From Mariprofundus sp. (GTDB taxonomy: Bacteria > Pseudomonadota > Zetaproteobacteria > Mariprofundales > Mariprofundaceae): a DNA stretch of 64,000 nt. Each line of letters opens with the position of its first letter. Positions within the stretch are counted from its first letter, which is position 1. The position numbers were made by a program, and so were the translations under genes. The notes beneath the pieces were generated by a model, which ran no database searches, had not been told where the DNA came from, and saw nothing but the letters and a program-made list of their open reading frames with translations. Shown here piece after piece: positions 9,117 through 18,689 of the stretch. The stretch lies in the NCBI GenBank assembly GCA_021772775.1, contig JAJFLH010000036.1:24800-88799 (forward strand), given 5' to 3'.

Positions 9117-10406
9117 TCATTTTTCTTCGCGGGCTAGCGCTCGATAAGCAATATCACGACGATAAAAACCAGTCGGCCAATCAAGGTTTTCCAATGCCAT
9201 ATATACTGCTGTCTGAGCTTCTTTCACTGAAGGTGCCACAGTGGTTACACCCAGGACACGTCCACCAGCATTCACAATAACACCATTTTTTTCTGCCGTA
9301 CCGGCATGAAAGACAGTTGCGCCAGCCGCTTCAACCGCATCCAGACCGCCAATGCGTTGTCCCTTCTCAAAACTACTCGGGTAACCATCCGAACTAACTA
9401 CCACGCACAATGATGTACCGGCTTCCCACTCTAGTTCCACGCCATCCAAGCGACGTTCAGCAGCAGCTAACAGTACTTCACCAAGATCGGACTTCAAACG
9501 GCTCATCAATGGCTGACATTCAGGATCACCAAAACGCACATTAAATTCCAAAGTCTTCAGTCCATTTTTTGTCAGCATCACACCGGCATACAATATACCG
9601 ATAAATTCTGCGCCCTTCTTTTTAAGCGCTGCAATGATAGGTCGCGCAATCGTTTCCAACACCTCGTTTTCAACCGCATCGGTAACACAAGGTGCCGGGC
9701 TATAAGCCCCCATACCACCAGTATTCGGCCCTTTATCACCATCGAGAAGAGCTTTATGATCTTGCGAGGATGCCAATGGTAGAATCGTATCACCAGACAC
9801 AATAAACAGACACGAAGCTTCTTCACCAATCAGACACTCTTCAATAATTACCTGCGAACCGGCATCACCAAAGGTATTGCCTGCCAGCATATCGCGCGCT
9901 GCAACAATGGCCTCTTTCTCAGTCTGGGCAACAATCACACCTTTGCCTGCCGCCAAACCGGAGGCTTTAATAACAATCGGAGCACCCCATGAACGGATTG
10001 TATCGACGGCTTCATCAGCATCGACATGCACTTCAAAACGCGCCGTGGGTACACCAGCGTCATGCATCAAACGCTTGGAAAATGACTTACTACCCTCAAG
10101 GTTTGCAGCAGCCTTATCCGGCCCGAATACTGCAAAACCCTCTTCACGCAATTTATTACCTAAACCAGCCACTAACGGTACTTCTGGCCCCACCACAACC
10201 AGATCAGGCTTTTCAGTTGCCGCCAAAGCCAATAAGCCGTCAACATCTTCAGCACCAACATTAACACAGCGTGCTTCGCGTTTGATGCCCGGATTACCCG
10301 GCGCACAGACAACTTCACCCACCGAGTCCGAACGGTTTAATTTCCAACAGAGGGCGTGTTCACGACCACCGCCACCAACAACCAATACTTTCATAGCTTG
10401 TCCCAT
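9117..10406 (-). CDS. purD: Phosphoribosylamine--glycine ligase
   Basis: GGGGREHAL, LEGSKSFSK, GLAAGKGV, QDHK, GPNTGGMGAY and EFNVRFGDPE motifs. Confidence 0.98.
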   Translation of the reverse strand: MGQAMKVLVVGGGGREHALCWKLNRSDSVGEVVCAPGNPGIKREARCVNVGAEDVDGLLALAATEKPDLVVVGPEVPLVAGLGNKLREEGFAVFGPDKAAANLEGSKSFSKRLMHDAGVPTARFEVHVDADEAVDTIRSWGAPIVIKASGLAAGKGVIVAQTEKEAIVAARDMLAGNTFGDAGSQVIIEECLIGEEASCLFIVSGDTILPLASSQDHKALLDGDKGPNTGGMGAYSPAPCVTDAVENEVLETIARPIIAALKKKGAEFIGILYAGVMLTKNGLKTLEFNVRFGDPECQPLMSRLKSDLGEVLLAAAERRLDGVELEWEAGTSLCVVVSSDGYPSSFEKGQRIGGLDAVEAAGATVFHAGTAEKNGVIVNAGGRVLGVTTVAPSVKEAQTAVYMALENLDWPTGFYRRDIAYRALAREEK

Positions 10407-10415
10407 CTGTTCCCC

Positions 10416-11972
10416 TTAATGCTTGAAGTGGCGAATGCCAGTAAAGATCATTGCCAAACCATGTTCATCTGCTGCTGCAATCACTTCATCATCACGAATT
10501 GAGCCACCCGGCTGAATCACTGCTTTTGCACCGGCATCGGCCAGTGCATCCACACCATCACGGAATGGGAAGAATGCATCCGATGCAACGGCTGAAGCCT
10601 GAAGGGTATCGCCACCATGATGTGCTGCGATACGGGTTGAATTGACACGATTCATCTGTCCAGCCCCAACACCGAGAGTCACACCCTCTTTGACAAATAC
10701 AATCGCATTGGATTTCACATGCTTGGCAACAGACCAGGCGAACAGCATATCGTTCCACTCAGCTTCTGTCGGGGCGCGTTTGGTCACCACTTTGCAGGCA
10801 TCACGATCAAGAATGTGCGCATCACGTTCTTGCACCAATAAGCCACCATTCACACGTTTAAACTCTAATCCACCAGACACAGCTTCAACAGATGGAGCCA
10901 ATAACAGACGCAGGTTTTTACGCTCTTTTAAGACTTCACGCGCTGCATCGGAAAAACCGGGTGCAATAACCACTTCCATAAATGTTTGCGCAATCAACTT
11001 GGCAGTATCTTCTGTAAGTTCACTGTTAAAAGCTGCAATACCGCCAAAAGCAGACACTGAATCAGCCGCGCGTGCACGCTCATAAATTTCAGCCTGCGTA
11101 CCACAGCCCATCGCCACACCACATGGATTTGCATGTTTAACGATCACAACTGCTTCATCATTCAGATCGCGAACCAATGCAAAAGCAGCATCGGCATCAG
11201 CAATATTATTATACGACATCGCCTTACCCTGCATCACTTCACAGTCAGCCATAGAGAGCCCTTCATCTTCTACATCGGCATAAAAAGCACCGTCCTGATG
11301 CGGGTTTTCACCATAACGTAGTGTATCAGCAGTTTTAATAAACTGACGGGTAAAGATATCAGGAAACTTACGGGTAGAGGCATCGGGATTCAGTGCTGAG
11401 AAATGGTTCGCAATCGCGCCATCATAAGCTGCCGTATGAGCAAATGCCTTGGTAGCCAATGCGCGGCGTACAGCTTCGCTCAATGCATTGTTATCCATAG
11501 CATTGAGGATCACACCATAATCGGATGGATCAACCACAATAGTTACAAATTTATGATTTTTGGCTGAGGCACGCACCATGCAAGGGCCACCGATATCAAT
11601 GTTTTCAATCGCATCTTCAATAGTGCAGCCCTCTTTGGCCACAGCCTCACGGAAGGGATAAAGATTCACACAGACCAGATCGATCTGCTCAATGCCATGC
11701 TCATCCATTGACGCCAGATCACCATCATTATCGCGGCGCGCCAGAATGCCACCGTGCACTTTCGGATTCAGTGTTTTGACACGTCCATCCATCATTTCCG
11801 GGAATCCGGTATAGTCCGACACATCACGGCACTCAACACCGGCGGCGCGCAATAACTTGGCAGTGCCACCTGTTGATAATATTTTCACACCACGATCTAC
11901 CAATGATTTGGCAAAACCTTCTACATTTGTTTTGTCTGACACACTGATTAGTGCCTGTTTGATCGAAGCCAT
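10416..11972 (-). CDS. purH: Bifunctional AICAR transformylase/IMP cyclohydrolase
   Basis: [43 protein letters not shown] and SDAFFPF motifs. Confidence 0.98.
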   Translation of the reverse strand: MASIKQALISVSDKTNVEGFAKSLVDRGVKILSTGGTAKLLRAAGVECRDVSDYTGFPEMMDGRVKTLNPKVHGGILARRDNDGDLASMDEHGIEQIDLVCVNLYPFREAVAKEGCTIEDAIENIDIGGPCMVRASAKNHKFVTIVVDPSDYGVILNAMDNNALSEAVRRALATKAFAHTAAYDGAIANHFSALNPDASTRKFPDIFTRQFIKTADTLRYGENPHQDGAFYADVEDEGLSMADCEVMQGKAMSYNNIADADAAFALVRDLNDEAVVIVKHANPCGVAMGCGTQAEIYERARAADSVSAFGGIAAFNSELTEDTAKLIAQTFMEVVIAPGFSDAAREVLKERKNLRLLLAPSVEAVSGGLEFKRVNGGLLVQERDAHILDRDACKVVTKRAPTEAEWNDMLFAWSVAKHVKSNAIVFVKEGVTLGVGAGQMNRVNSTRIAAHHGGDTLQASAVASDAFFPFRDGVDALADAGAKAVIQPGGSIRDDEVIAAADEHGLAMIFTGIRHFKH

Positions 11973-12220
11973 ACGGTCTCTCCAGAAGATAAATTACAAG
12001 GGAGCGGCAAGCTACCCGCTGGCAGCATGTTCGCAACAGAAAGTGAAATAGCAGCATCAAAAGCCGCCAAAAACAGAGTTTCACCGGAACGTCATTCATC
12101 ACAACTGGCAATAATCTTGCTTACTTATTTCAAAGACAGCAAAGGCACTCTTCCACATAGGCGCTAAAACTCATCACCCCCTATGATATATGATCTGCCA
12201 GCTCCTTTTCGGAGAACTCT

Positions 12221-12883
12221 ATGATTACTAAAAAATCAGCGCATGACCAGGGCCCCATTGAATGCTTCTTTGAAGATATTTTATGGAGTGGCCGATGGGC
12301 TGTTGTGCTCGCCGTACTCGGAGGCATGTTCACCGCGACCATCATGTTCTATATTGCCTCGGTTGACGTTTTTCACCTGCTGGAACTTATTATCGAATAT
12401 TCCACCATGGCAGACACCCCCGCTCGTGAAGCGTTAAGAGCAGATATCATCGGCCATGCTGTGGAAGTTATCGATGGTTTCCTACTGGCAATTGTTTTAC
12501 TCATTTTCTCTTACGGCATCTATGAGTTATACATCAGTAAGATTGAACTGGCATATACCGATGAGGCATCTGAACATCTATTGAGGATCAACAACCTTGA
12601 TGACTTAAAAGCACGTCTTGGCAAAGTTATCTTGATGATTTTAGTAGTTAAATTCTTTGAAGTCGCCGTCAGCATGCACGTCACAACAACAGAAGACCTG
12701 TTGATGCTGGCAGCATCCATCATCCTGATTGGCATCACCCTGTTCATGAATCAAGTCGTCGAATATTTTGTACACCTACCACGCCATGGAAAATCGGAAT
12801 ACAACGCCAATAGACACCCCAAACGAAGAAGTCACGACCATAGTCAAAACAATGATAAAGAAAACATAGCGAGTGAGTCATGA
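12221..12883 (+). CDS. YqhA/UPF0114-family membrane protein (paralog 1)
   Basis: VEVIDGFLLAIVLLIFSYGIYELYISKI and LDDLKARLGKVILMILVVKFF, with hydrophobic helices. Confidence 0.85.
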   Translation: MITKKSAHDQGPIECFFEDILWSGRWAVVLAVLGGMFTATIMFYIASVDVFHLLELIIEYSTMADTPAREALRADIIGHAVEVIDGFLLAIVLLIFSYGIYELYISKIELAYTDEASEHLLRINNLDDLKARLGKVILMILVVKFFEVAVSMHVTTTEDLLMLAASIILIGITLFMNQVVEYFVHLPRHGKSEYNANRHPKRRSHDHSQNNDKENIASES

Positions 12884-13500
12884 GCGTCGATAAAAACAGA
12901 GAAAGCACTTTTGAACAGGTATTTGAATTTATTTTATGGAGTGGTCGCTGGTCGGTTCTTCTTGCCGTCGTTGGTGGTATGCTCACCTCATTTGTGATGT
13001 TCTATATTGCTTCTGTAGATGTTTACCACCTGGGCAATTTGGTGCTGCAATATATGGAAACTACGGATCTCACGGCTCGCGAAGCATTAAGAGCAGATAC
13101 TGTCGGCCATGCAGTTGAAGTCATTGATGGTTTTCTTTTGGCCATTGTATTGCTGATTTTCTCTTACGGCATCTTTGAGCTTTATGTCAGTAAAATTTTT
13201 CAGGCCTATGACTCCAGCACAGCTCAACACCTGCTCAAAATCAATAGCTTAGATGATCTGAAAGCACGACTCGGCAAAGTTATTCTGATGATTCTGGTCG
13301 TTAAATTCTTTGAAGTGGCGATCAGCATGGATTTTGCCACCATGAGAGATTTATTGCTATTTTCAGCCTCCATCATTCTGATTGGCATCACACTATTCAT
13401 GAATCAACTGGTAGAGCACATTGTGCACAACAGGCGCAGTACTGATTTCAAACGAAGAGCAGAAGACTCAGGTAGCCACCCAGATCGCAGAGAGAGATAA
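12880..13500 (+). CDS. YqhA/UPF0114-family membrane protein (paralog 2)
   Basis: Same motifs as the upstream paralog. Overlaps it by 4 bp (ATGA). Confidence 0.85.
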   Translation: MSVDKNRESTFEQVFEFILWSGRWSVLLAVVGGMLTSFVMFYIASVDVYHLGNLVLQYMETTDLTAREALRADTVGHAVEVIDGFLLAIVLLIFSYGIFELYVSKIFQAYDSSTAQHLLKINSLDDLKARLGKVILMILVVKFFEVAISMDFATMRDLLLFSASIILIGITLFMNQLVEHIVHNRRSTDFKRRAEDSGSHPDRRER

Positions 13501-13550
13501 AACGTTCGCTAACAGTGCATTAGCCCCCTATCATTTGAAGGCTCTTATCA

Positions 13551-14090
13551 TTACGCTTTCCATCGCGTCAGAAAAACAATGATCGAATTCAACGCTTCCG
13601 GTTTTTTCATATCTCCGCGCGGCAACGTATAGTCCGCACACTCCTCATATAAAGGATAACGTATATCAGCCAGATCTTTTATCTTTTGGAGAGTATCACC
13701 ACCGGCAATCAAAGGGCGGTTACTATCCCCATCAATGCGCTTGGCTAGGAAGTTGGGGCTTGCTTTAAGCCATATCACGGGCGGATGATCTTTTAAAAGC
13801 TGCCGATTCTCCTCCGACATAACAGCACCACCACCTGTAGCAATCACCGCCGTTTTACCCAACACCTCACGCAAGGCTTCTGTCTCCAACTGACGGAAGA
13901 AAGCTTCGCCCTCCTGTTCAAAAATATCTGGAATAGAGCGACCGTCCTTCTCAACGATATATTCATCCAGATCAATCAAGGGTACATTGAGATGTTTCGC
14001 CAAACGTCGCCCAATACTGCTTTTCCCAGACCCCATAAGGCCTACTAAAACAGGACTAAGCTGCGCTATCTGTTCTTTTGAATCTTGCAT
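13551..14090 (-). CDS. aroK: Shikimate kinase
   Basis: P-loop GLMGSGKS, plus FRQLE, ATGGG and RPL motifs. Confidence 0.96.
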   Translation of the reverse strand: MQDSKEQIAQLSPVLVGLMGSGKSSIGRRLAKHLNVPLIDLDEYIVEKDGRSIPDIFEQEGEAFFRQLETEALREVLGKTAVIATGGGAVMSEENRQLLKDHPPVIWLKASPNFLAKRIDGDSNRPLIAGGDTLQKIKDLADIRYPLYEECADYTLPRGDMKKPEALNSIIVFLTRWKA

Positions 14091-14171
14091 AGCTATTCCT
14101 CAGGCCGCCATGACTGAGAAACGGGTCATGAATTCGGCATCGATGTGTCTGAAAATCTAATCTCCAGAGAG

Positions 14172-15239
14172 CTAATCGAGTACAGAATATTCATACACAT
14201 TCATTTCCACCCGACGGTTTTTAGCCCTTCCTGCTTTTGTTGCATTATCAGCTATCGGTTTAAATGCACCATAGCCCTTTGATTTCAACTGCGATTCAGG
14301 AACACCGCGCTCAAGTAGGTAGGCTTTAACCGCCCTCTCCCTTTTAAAAGATAGCTGAAGATTATACAAAGCACTTCCAAGGCTATCTGTGTGTGCCACA
14401 ATCTCTATGATCAATACAGGATTTATTTTTAAACCTTCAGCGATACGATCCAGCAGACGTAGTGACTCAGCATTAAGCGTATGGCCATCAAATCCGAAAT
14501 TCAGATCTTCCAAATGCATTCTCCAGTCATTGATTTCATCGACTTGCTGCTCAGATTGAGTAATGACTGGCTGAGGCTGTATTTGAAGCTCAGGAGTTAC
14601 CACTGCCGACTTAACTGGCTGAGCCTGTTCTTGATTCAGATATTCTCTCTGATCATCACCAAAGCCATAATTGAGAGAAACCATCACCCCTGGTGAAGAG
14701 AGGCCAACAGCTTTAGGGGTCAATGCAATCCCCTGCATAAATAAGCCGGCATCCACAATAAATTTCGGTGTCACTTTCCACGAAACACCAGCCCCGAGCC
14801 CAAGTCCCAAATAACGTTTTGATATAATATTACCATCGACAGCATTAACTATACGTTGTCTGACGTTCGACAGTGTCACTAAGCCATGCACACCTAGTTT
14901 ACCGGTGCCAAACTTGCGCACACGCATATACGCACTGGGCCGGGGCTCCAAACGTATGCCAATTGAACTGGTGCCACGGGAAGCTTTTTTTCTCGTGCTA
15001 CCAGACACCATCACCCCAACCTCCAAATCAGGCATAAGGGCATAACCAGCACTCAAAGTATAAGTCGGCACAGTTGCTTTATATGCCTCTTGAGCAGGTA
15101 GTTTTGAAGAGACCTTCGCTGCACCAGCACCAATCCCGATCCGAAAATGTTCAACGACAGAACCACTTTCAGCCACCACAGGACTTATCAACAACATCAA
15201 GCCAAGCAGAGGCAGATCTATATATCTATAAGCTCTCAT
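14172..15239 (-). CDS. OmpA-family protein (N-terminal beta-barrel plus C-terminal peptidoglycan-binding domain)
   Basis: Signal peptide and amphipathic beta-strands, then a P/Q-rich linker and the OmpA-C motifs AHTDSLGSALYNLQLSFKR and GRAKNRRVE. Confidence 0.9.
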   Translation of the reverse strand: MRAYRYIDLPLLGLMLLISPVVAESGSVVEHFRIGIGAGAAKVSSKLPAQEAYKATVPTYTLSAGYALMPDLEVGVMVSGSTRKKASRGTSSIGIRLEPRPSAYMRVRKFGTGKLGVHGLVTLSNVRQRIVNAVDGNIISKRYLGLGLGAGVSWKVTPKFIVDAGLFMQGIALTPKAVGLSSPGVMVSLNYGFGDDQREYLNQEQAQPVKSAVVTPELQIQPQPVITQSEQQVDEINDWRMHLEDLNFGFDGHTLNAESLRLLDRIAEGLKINPVLIIEIVAHTDSLGSALYNLQLSFKRERAVKAYLLERGVPESQLKSKGYGAFKPIADNATKAGRAKNRRVEMNVYEYSVLD

Positions 15240-18013
15240 CGAAGCTTCCCCAATCCTGATTGATCACGCCGTAAAATAAGATAAAAGATCGATAACACCA
15301 CCATGACAGGAAACAGAGGGTCAACAGAATTACGTACCGGATTCATCACGCAACCACCATCACGTATAACTTTCGCCACCACCAGTGATGATGAACCTAC
15401 ACCCACAGGGTCTACGATCATTCCGTTCGCGACCCTATCCAGATCAAACAGACCACCATCCAGCAATGTTAATACGATACTATTGCCATTGATCTGAACC
15501 CATTGATCCACACCCGCACCTTTCGGGATCAGACTATACGCACCGGCATTATCTACTTTATACAGCTCTAAATTCGCTGGCAGAGCATTACTAAAAGAGA
15601 GTGTGATAGCCTGGCTGGCTCCAACAGAAACACTCGTGTTATACGAAACAACCCCAAACGGAAACGATATCCCGGCAGGCTGACCTGCTCCACTGGGGCT
15701 AAATGCAACATTACTAACCACCTGGCCCGGACTGGAGATATTCACAGTACCACTGGCCACTGGCAGACCTGCAGCAATCGATGCATCCAGCGTATTTGCC
15801 CCAGTTTCAAACGCATCAATGAGCCCATCACCATCCTGATCATACGGATTAGCTGGATCACCAACTTCGACTGCATCTGGAATACCATCTCCATCAGCAT
15901 CTACCGTTGCAGCATTTGGATCAAAACCAAGCGCCAAAGCCTGCGCAATGGTCAAACCATTCCCCGATGGGGCCGGAGCATTGTTACCTGTGGCAGCTGG
16001 ATCAGTGACAGTTACCATTGCTGAGCCTGTCGAGGTATTGCCCAGTGCATCTGTCGCACTAAAGGTCACGATGGTTGCTGAGCCGTTAGCAAAAAGGGCT
16101 GGTGCATCATTTATCGGGGTGACTGCACCATCAACAATATCTGTCGCACTGCCGTTATTCAAAAATGCCACAATCTGCGCATCAGTAACTGCCACTCCCC
16201 CCAAGATAGCATCACCTATCAAGATGAGATTAGCGGGAGGCGTTACAGCAGGCCCAGTGGTATCAACCACATTGACTGTGCGAACCACGGCTATTGCTGC
16301 ATTCGTCGCTGCATCGGTGTAGTTATATGTCACCGTATAAACACCCGGTAGCGCTGTATTCACCGTGCTTACACCAGCCAACAGTGCGTTGGTGGCACCA
16401 ATATTATCAACCACTGTTGCTTTGGCATCGCCATAAACTGAACCCGCTTCCACGCTGACAGGTGTGACGCCATTAAGCGTAATGACCGGCAGAGTCACAT
16501 GCACTACATATGTAGAGACCAACGATGCAGCTCCAGTATTACCTGCCTGATCGGTAGCTATGGCAGAAAAAGAGTGAACTCCCCCACTAAGGGTTGCGCC
16601 ACCCGGAGCCAGACTCCAGTTGCCGGCCGCCGCGGTGATTAGTCCTAGTGAGACCGCGCCATCTTTAACCTCGATTGAGGCATTCGTCTCTGCCGTACCA
16701 GAGATTATTGGCCTGGCAGTACTATTCGTAAATACGTTATTGCCCGGCGCTACAATTATAGGTGCTGCCGGCGGCTGCGTGTCGAGGGTAATTGTGTCGC
16801 TTGCAGCATTAGAGACATTTGCTGCCGCATCGGTAAAACGGACATAGACAGTACGCACACCATCCACACCGGCCGACATCGTCCAGGTTTTGTTTGCCCC
16901 ATTGGCTTCCAGTACGCTCCAGGTTATATTGTCGTTAGAGAACTGCATCTGAGTACAAGCCACATTATCACCGCATGTGAGAGCCAAGGTCACGGTCGTA
17001 CTAGCAGTTACAGCATTTCCATTATCAATAGAAACGCTACCAACGGGAACTGTATTACTCCCCGTCTGAACGCCATTACCATTTGTTCCCGCATAGAGTG
17101 TAACAGATGTGGTCGGATCAATCACGATTGACCAGATAGTCATATTCGCAAGCCCTGTATTGATCGCAATCCAGTTCACACCACTATCCACACTTTTAAA
17201 TACACCACCATTTGTTCCAGCAAAGAGCGTGGCAGGATCGCTCACAACAATCGCAATAGAATAAACCGTTGTCGCTGTAAGCCCCGTATTGATCGCAACC
17301 CAGTTCGCACCACTATCCGTGCTCTTAAAGACACCAGCATTTGTTCCTGCATAGAGAGTGGCTGACGTCAGCGGGTCAATAACAACTGAATAGATAATTG
17401 TGTTCGTTAGCCCTGTATTGATCGCGCTCCAGCTCACACCTGCATCTGTACTTTTGAAGACACCACCGCCCACAGTTCCGGCATAGAGTATGGTTGGTGT
17501 ATTCGGGTCAATGGCAACTGAATAGATCATTGTATTTGTCAGCCCTGTATTGATCGCAACCCAGTTCGCGCCACTATCCGTACTCTTGAACACACCACCA
17601 AAAGTTCCCGCATAGAGTGTAGCCGGCGTGGCCGGATCAATCACAACGGAATAGACACTTATATTTGTCAGACCTACATTGATCGCAGCCCAGTTTGCAC
17701 CGCCATCCGTGCTCTTAAACAGACCACCACCATTGGTTCCGGCATAGAGTGTGGTTGGCGTAGCAGGGTCAATCGCAGCTGAATAGATATTGCTATTCGT
17801 CAATCCCGTATTCATCGCAGTCCAGCTCACTCCACTATCTATACTTTTAAACAGACCACCTCCTTGCGTTCCCGCATAGAGTGTGGCTGGTGCATTCGGA
17901 TCAATTACAACAGATCGGACAATCGGCCCAGCCACTGGCCCAGTCGCAGGAATCCACGTCACAGCCTCTGCCTGAATCGGCAAGAAACAGACCATGCTTA
18001 TCACTAAGACCAT
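15236..18013 (-). CDS. Large cell-surface protein: 7-blade Asp-box beta-propeller, several Ig-like/HYR domains, Ca-binding DxDxDG repeats, choice-of-anchor-U-like domain, C-terminal JDVT-CTERM-like sorting signal
   Basis: AEA signal cleavage site and seven repeats with SxDxGxxW. DADGDGIPD and DQDGDGLID follow, then LLDGGLFDLDRVANGMIVDP and the C-terminus GGCVMNPVRNSVDPLFPVMVVLSIFYLILRR. Confidence 0.85.
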   Translation of the reverse strand: MVLVISMVCFLPIQAEAVTWIPATGPVAGPIVRSVVIDPNAPATLYAGTQGGGLFKSIDSGVSWTAMNTGLTNSNIYSAAIDPATPTTLYAGTNGGGLFKSTDGGANWAAINVGLTNISVYSVVIDPATPATLYAGTFGGVFKSTDSGANWVAINTGLTNTMIYSVAIDPNTPTILYAGTVGGGVFKSTDAGVSWSAINTGLTNTIIYSVVIDPLTSATLYAGTNAGVFKSTDSGANWVAINTGLTATTVYSIAIVVSDPATLFAGTNGGVFKSVDSGVNWIAINTGLANMTIWSIVIDPTTSVTLYAGTNGNGVQTGSNTVPVGSVSIDNGNAVTASTTVTLALTCGDNVACTQMQFSNDNITWSVLEANGANKTWTMSAGVDGVRTVYVRFTDAAANVSNAASDTITLDTQPPAAPIIVAPGNNVFTNSTARPIISGTAETNASIEVKDGAVSLGLITAAAGNWSLAPGGATLSGGVHSFSAIATDQAGNTGAASLVSTYVVHVTLPVITLNGVTPVSVEAGSVYGDAKATVVDNIGATNALLAGVSTVNTALPGVYTVTYNYTDAATNAAIAVVRTVNVVDTTGPAVTPPANLILIGDAILGGVAVTDAQIVAFLNNGSATDIVDGAVTPINDAPALFANGSATIVTFSATDALGNTSTGSAMVTVTDPAATGNNAPAPSGNGLTIAQALALGFDPNAATVDADGDGIPDAVEVGDPANPYDQDGDGLIDAFETGANTLDASIAAGLPVASGTVNISSPGQVVSNVAFSPSGAGQPAGISFPFGVVSYNTSVSVGASQAITLSFSNALPANLELYKVDNAGAYSLIPKGAGVDQWVQINGNSIVLTLLDGGLFDLDRVANGMIVDPVGVGSSSLVVAKVIRDGGCVMNPVRNSVDPLFPVMVVLSIFYLILRRDQSGLGKLR
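17056..17930 (-). repeat. Seven tandem coding repeats of about 130 bp (43-44 aa; beta-propeller blades)
   Basis: Consensus TGLTNxxIYSVxIDPxTPxTLYAGTxGGxFKSTDxGxxWxAIN. Visible at DNA level as recurring gcatagag, ttgatcgca and ccagttc blocks. Confidence 0.9.
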
Positions 18014-18410
18014 GAGCTTATGAAATTGAATGGAAGTTATGATGACTCTCCTCTGTTTAAGCTGCTAACCCATATTGTTTCGTTTCGAAAATACGGCCAG
18101 CAGTATAGGTTAAATGCGGAAACAGTATATGCTTTTCTAGTTTTATTCGGCCAACTCACTATTATCCAGCTTGAACATAATTGGCCTCTCACTATGACCA
18201 GCATATTCAGCACCTCAAATAATTTGTTTTATATTCAGCTCTCATCATCACAAAAAGAGAAGAATTCTCCTGCATCGATTAGCATCTCGCTATGACATCA
18301 CTCTATTCGTGACTGCAAATACAATATCGAAATAAAACAGATGTTGTTTGAGTGGAGTCGAACCCATTTTCTGGCTATGCTTCGCTCCGATTTTACGATG
18401 AGGCAACCTT

Positions 18411-18689
18411 ATGGATATTGATGTAAAGAAAGTAGCGATGTTATCCCGCATTCGCTTGACGGATGACGAGGCGACAGAACTCGGCCCCCAACTGGCTAAT
18501 ATTATTGGTTATGTTGAGCAGCTGAGTGAAGTAAATACTGATGGTGTTGAACCCACTGCACACCCGCATGATGCTGCGATGCCATTGAGAGCCAACATTG
18601 TGACCAACGTCAATCGTCGCGAAGAGCTGCAAGCATCATCTCCTAAAATTGAATCAGGCCTCTATGTTGTGCCGAAGGTAATCGAATAA
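18411..18689 (+). CDS. gatC: Asp/Glu-tRNA amidotransferase subunit C
   Basis: VAMLSRI, QLANIIGYVEQLSEVNTDGVEP and YVVPKVIE motifs. Lies upstream of gatAB. Confidence 0.96.
   Translation: MDIDVKKVAMLSRIRLTDDEATELGPQLANIIGYVEQLSEVNTDGVEPTAHPHDAAMPLRANIVTNVNRREELQASSPKIESGLYVVPKVIE

Noticed and set aside
9877-11085. Long antisense ORFs over purD/purH (and similar ones at 15948-16322, 3189-3641 and 62472-63340)
   Set aside because: They are shadow frames of well-conserved genes, with no independent motifs or start signals.
17056-17930. CRISPR array or DNA-level repeat element
   Set aside because: The repeats are degenerate at third codon positions and keep the reading frame, so they are protein repeats without unique spacers.
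18020-18295. 91-aa ORF in the spacer upstream of the surface protein
   Set aside because: It lies in AT-rich regulatory-looking DNA, overlaps the RBS of the divergent gene, and has no RBS or recognisable motif.
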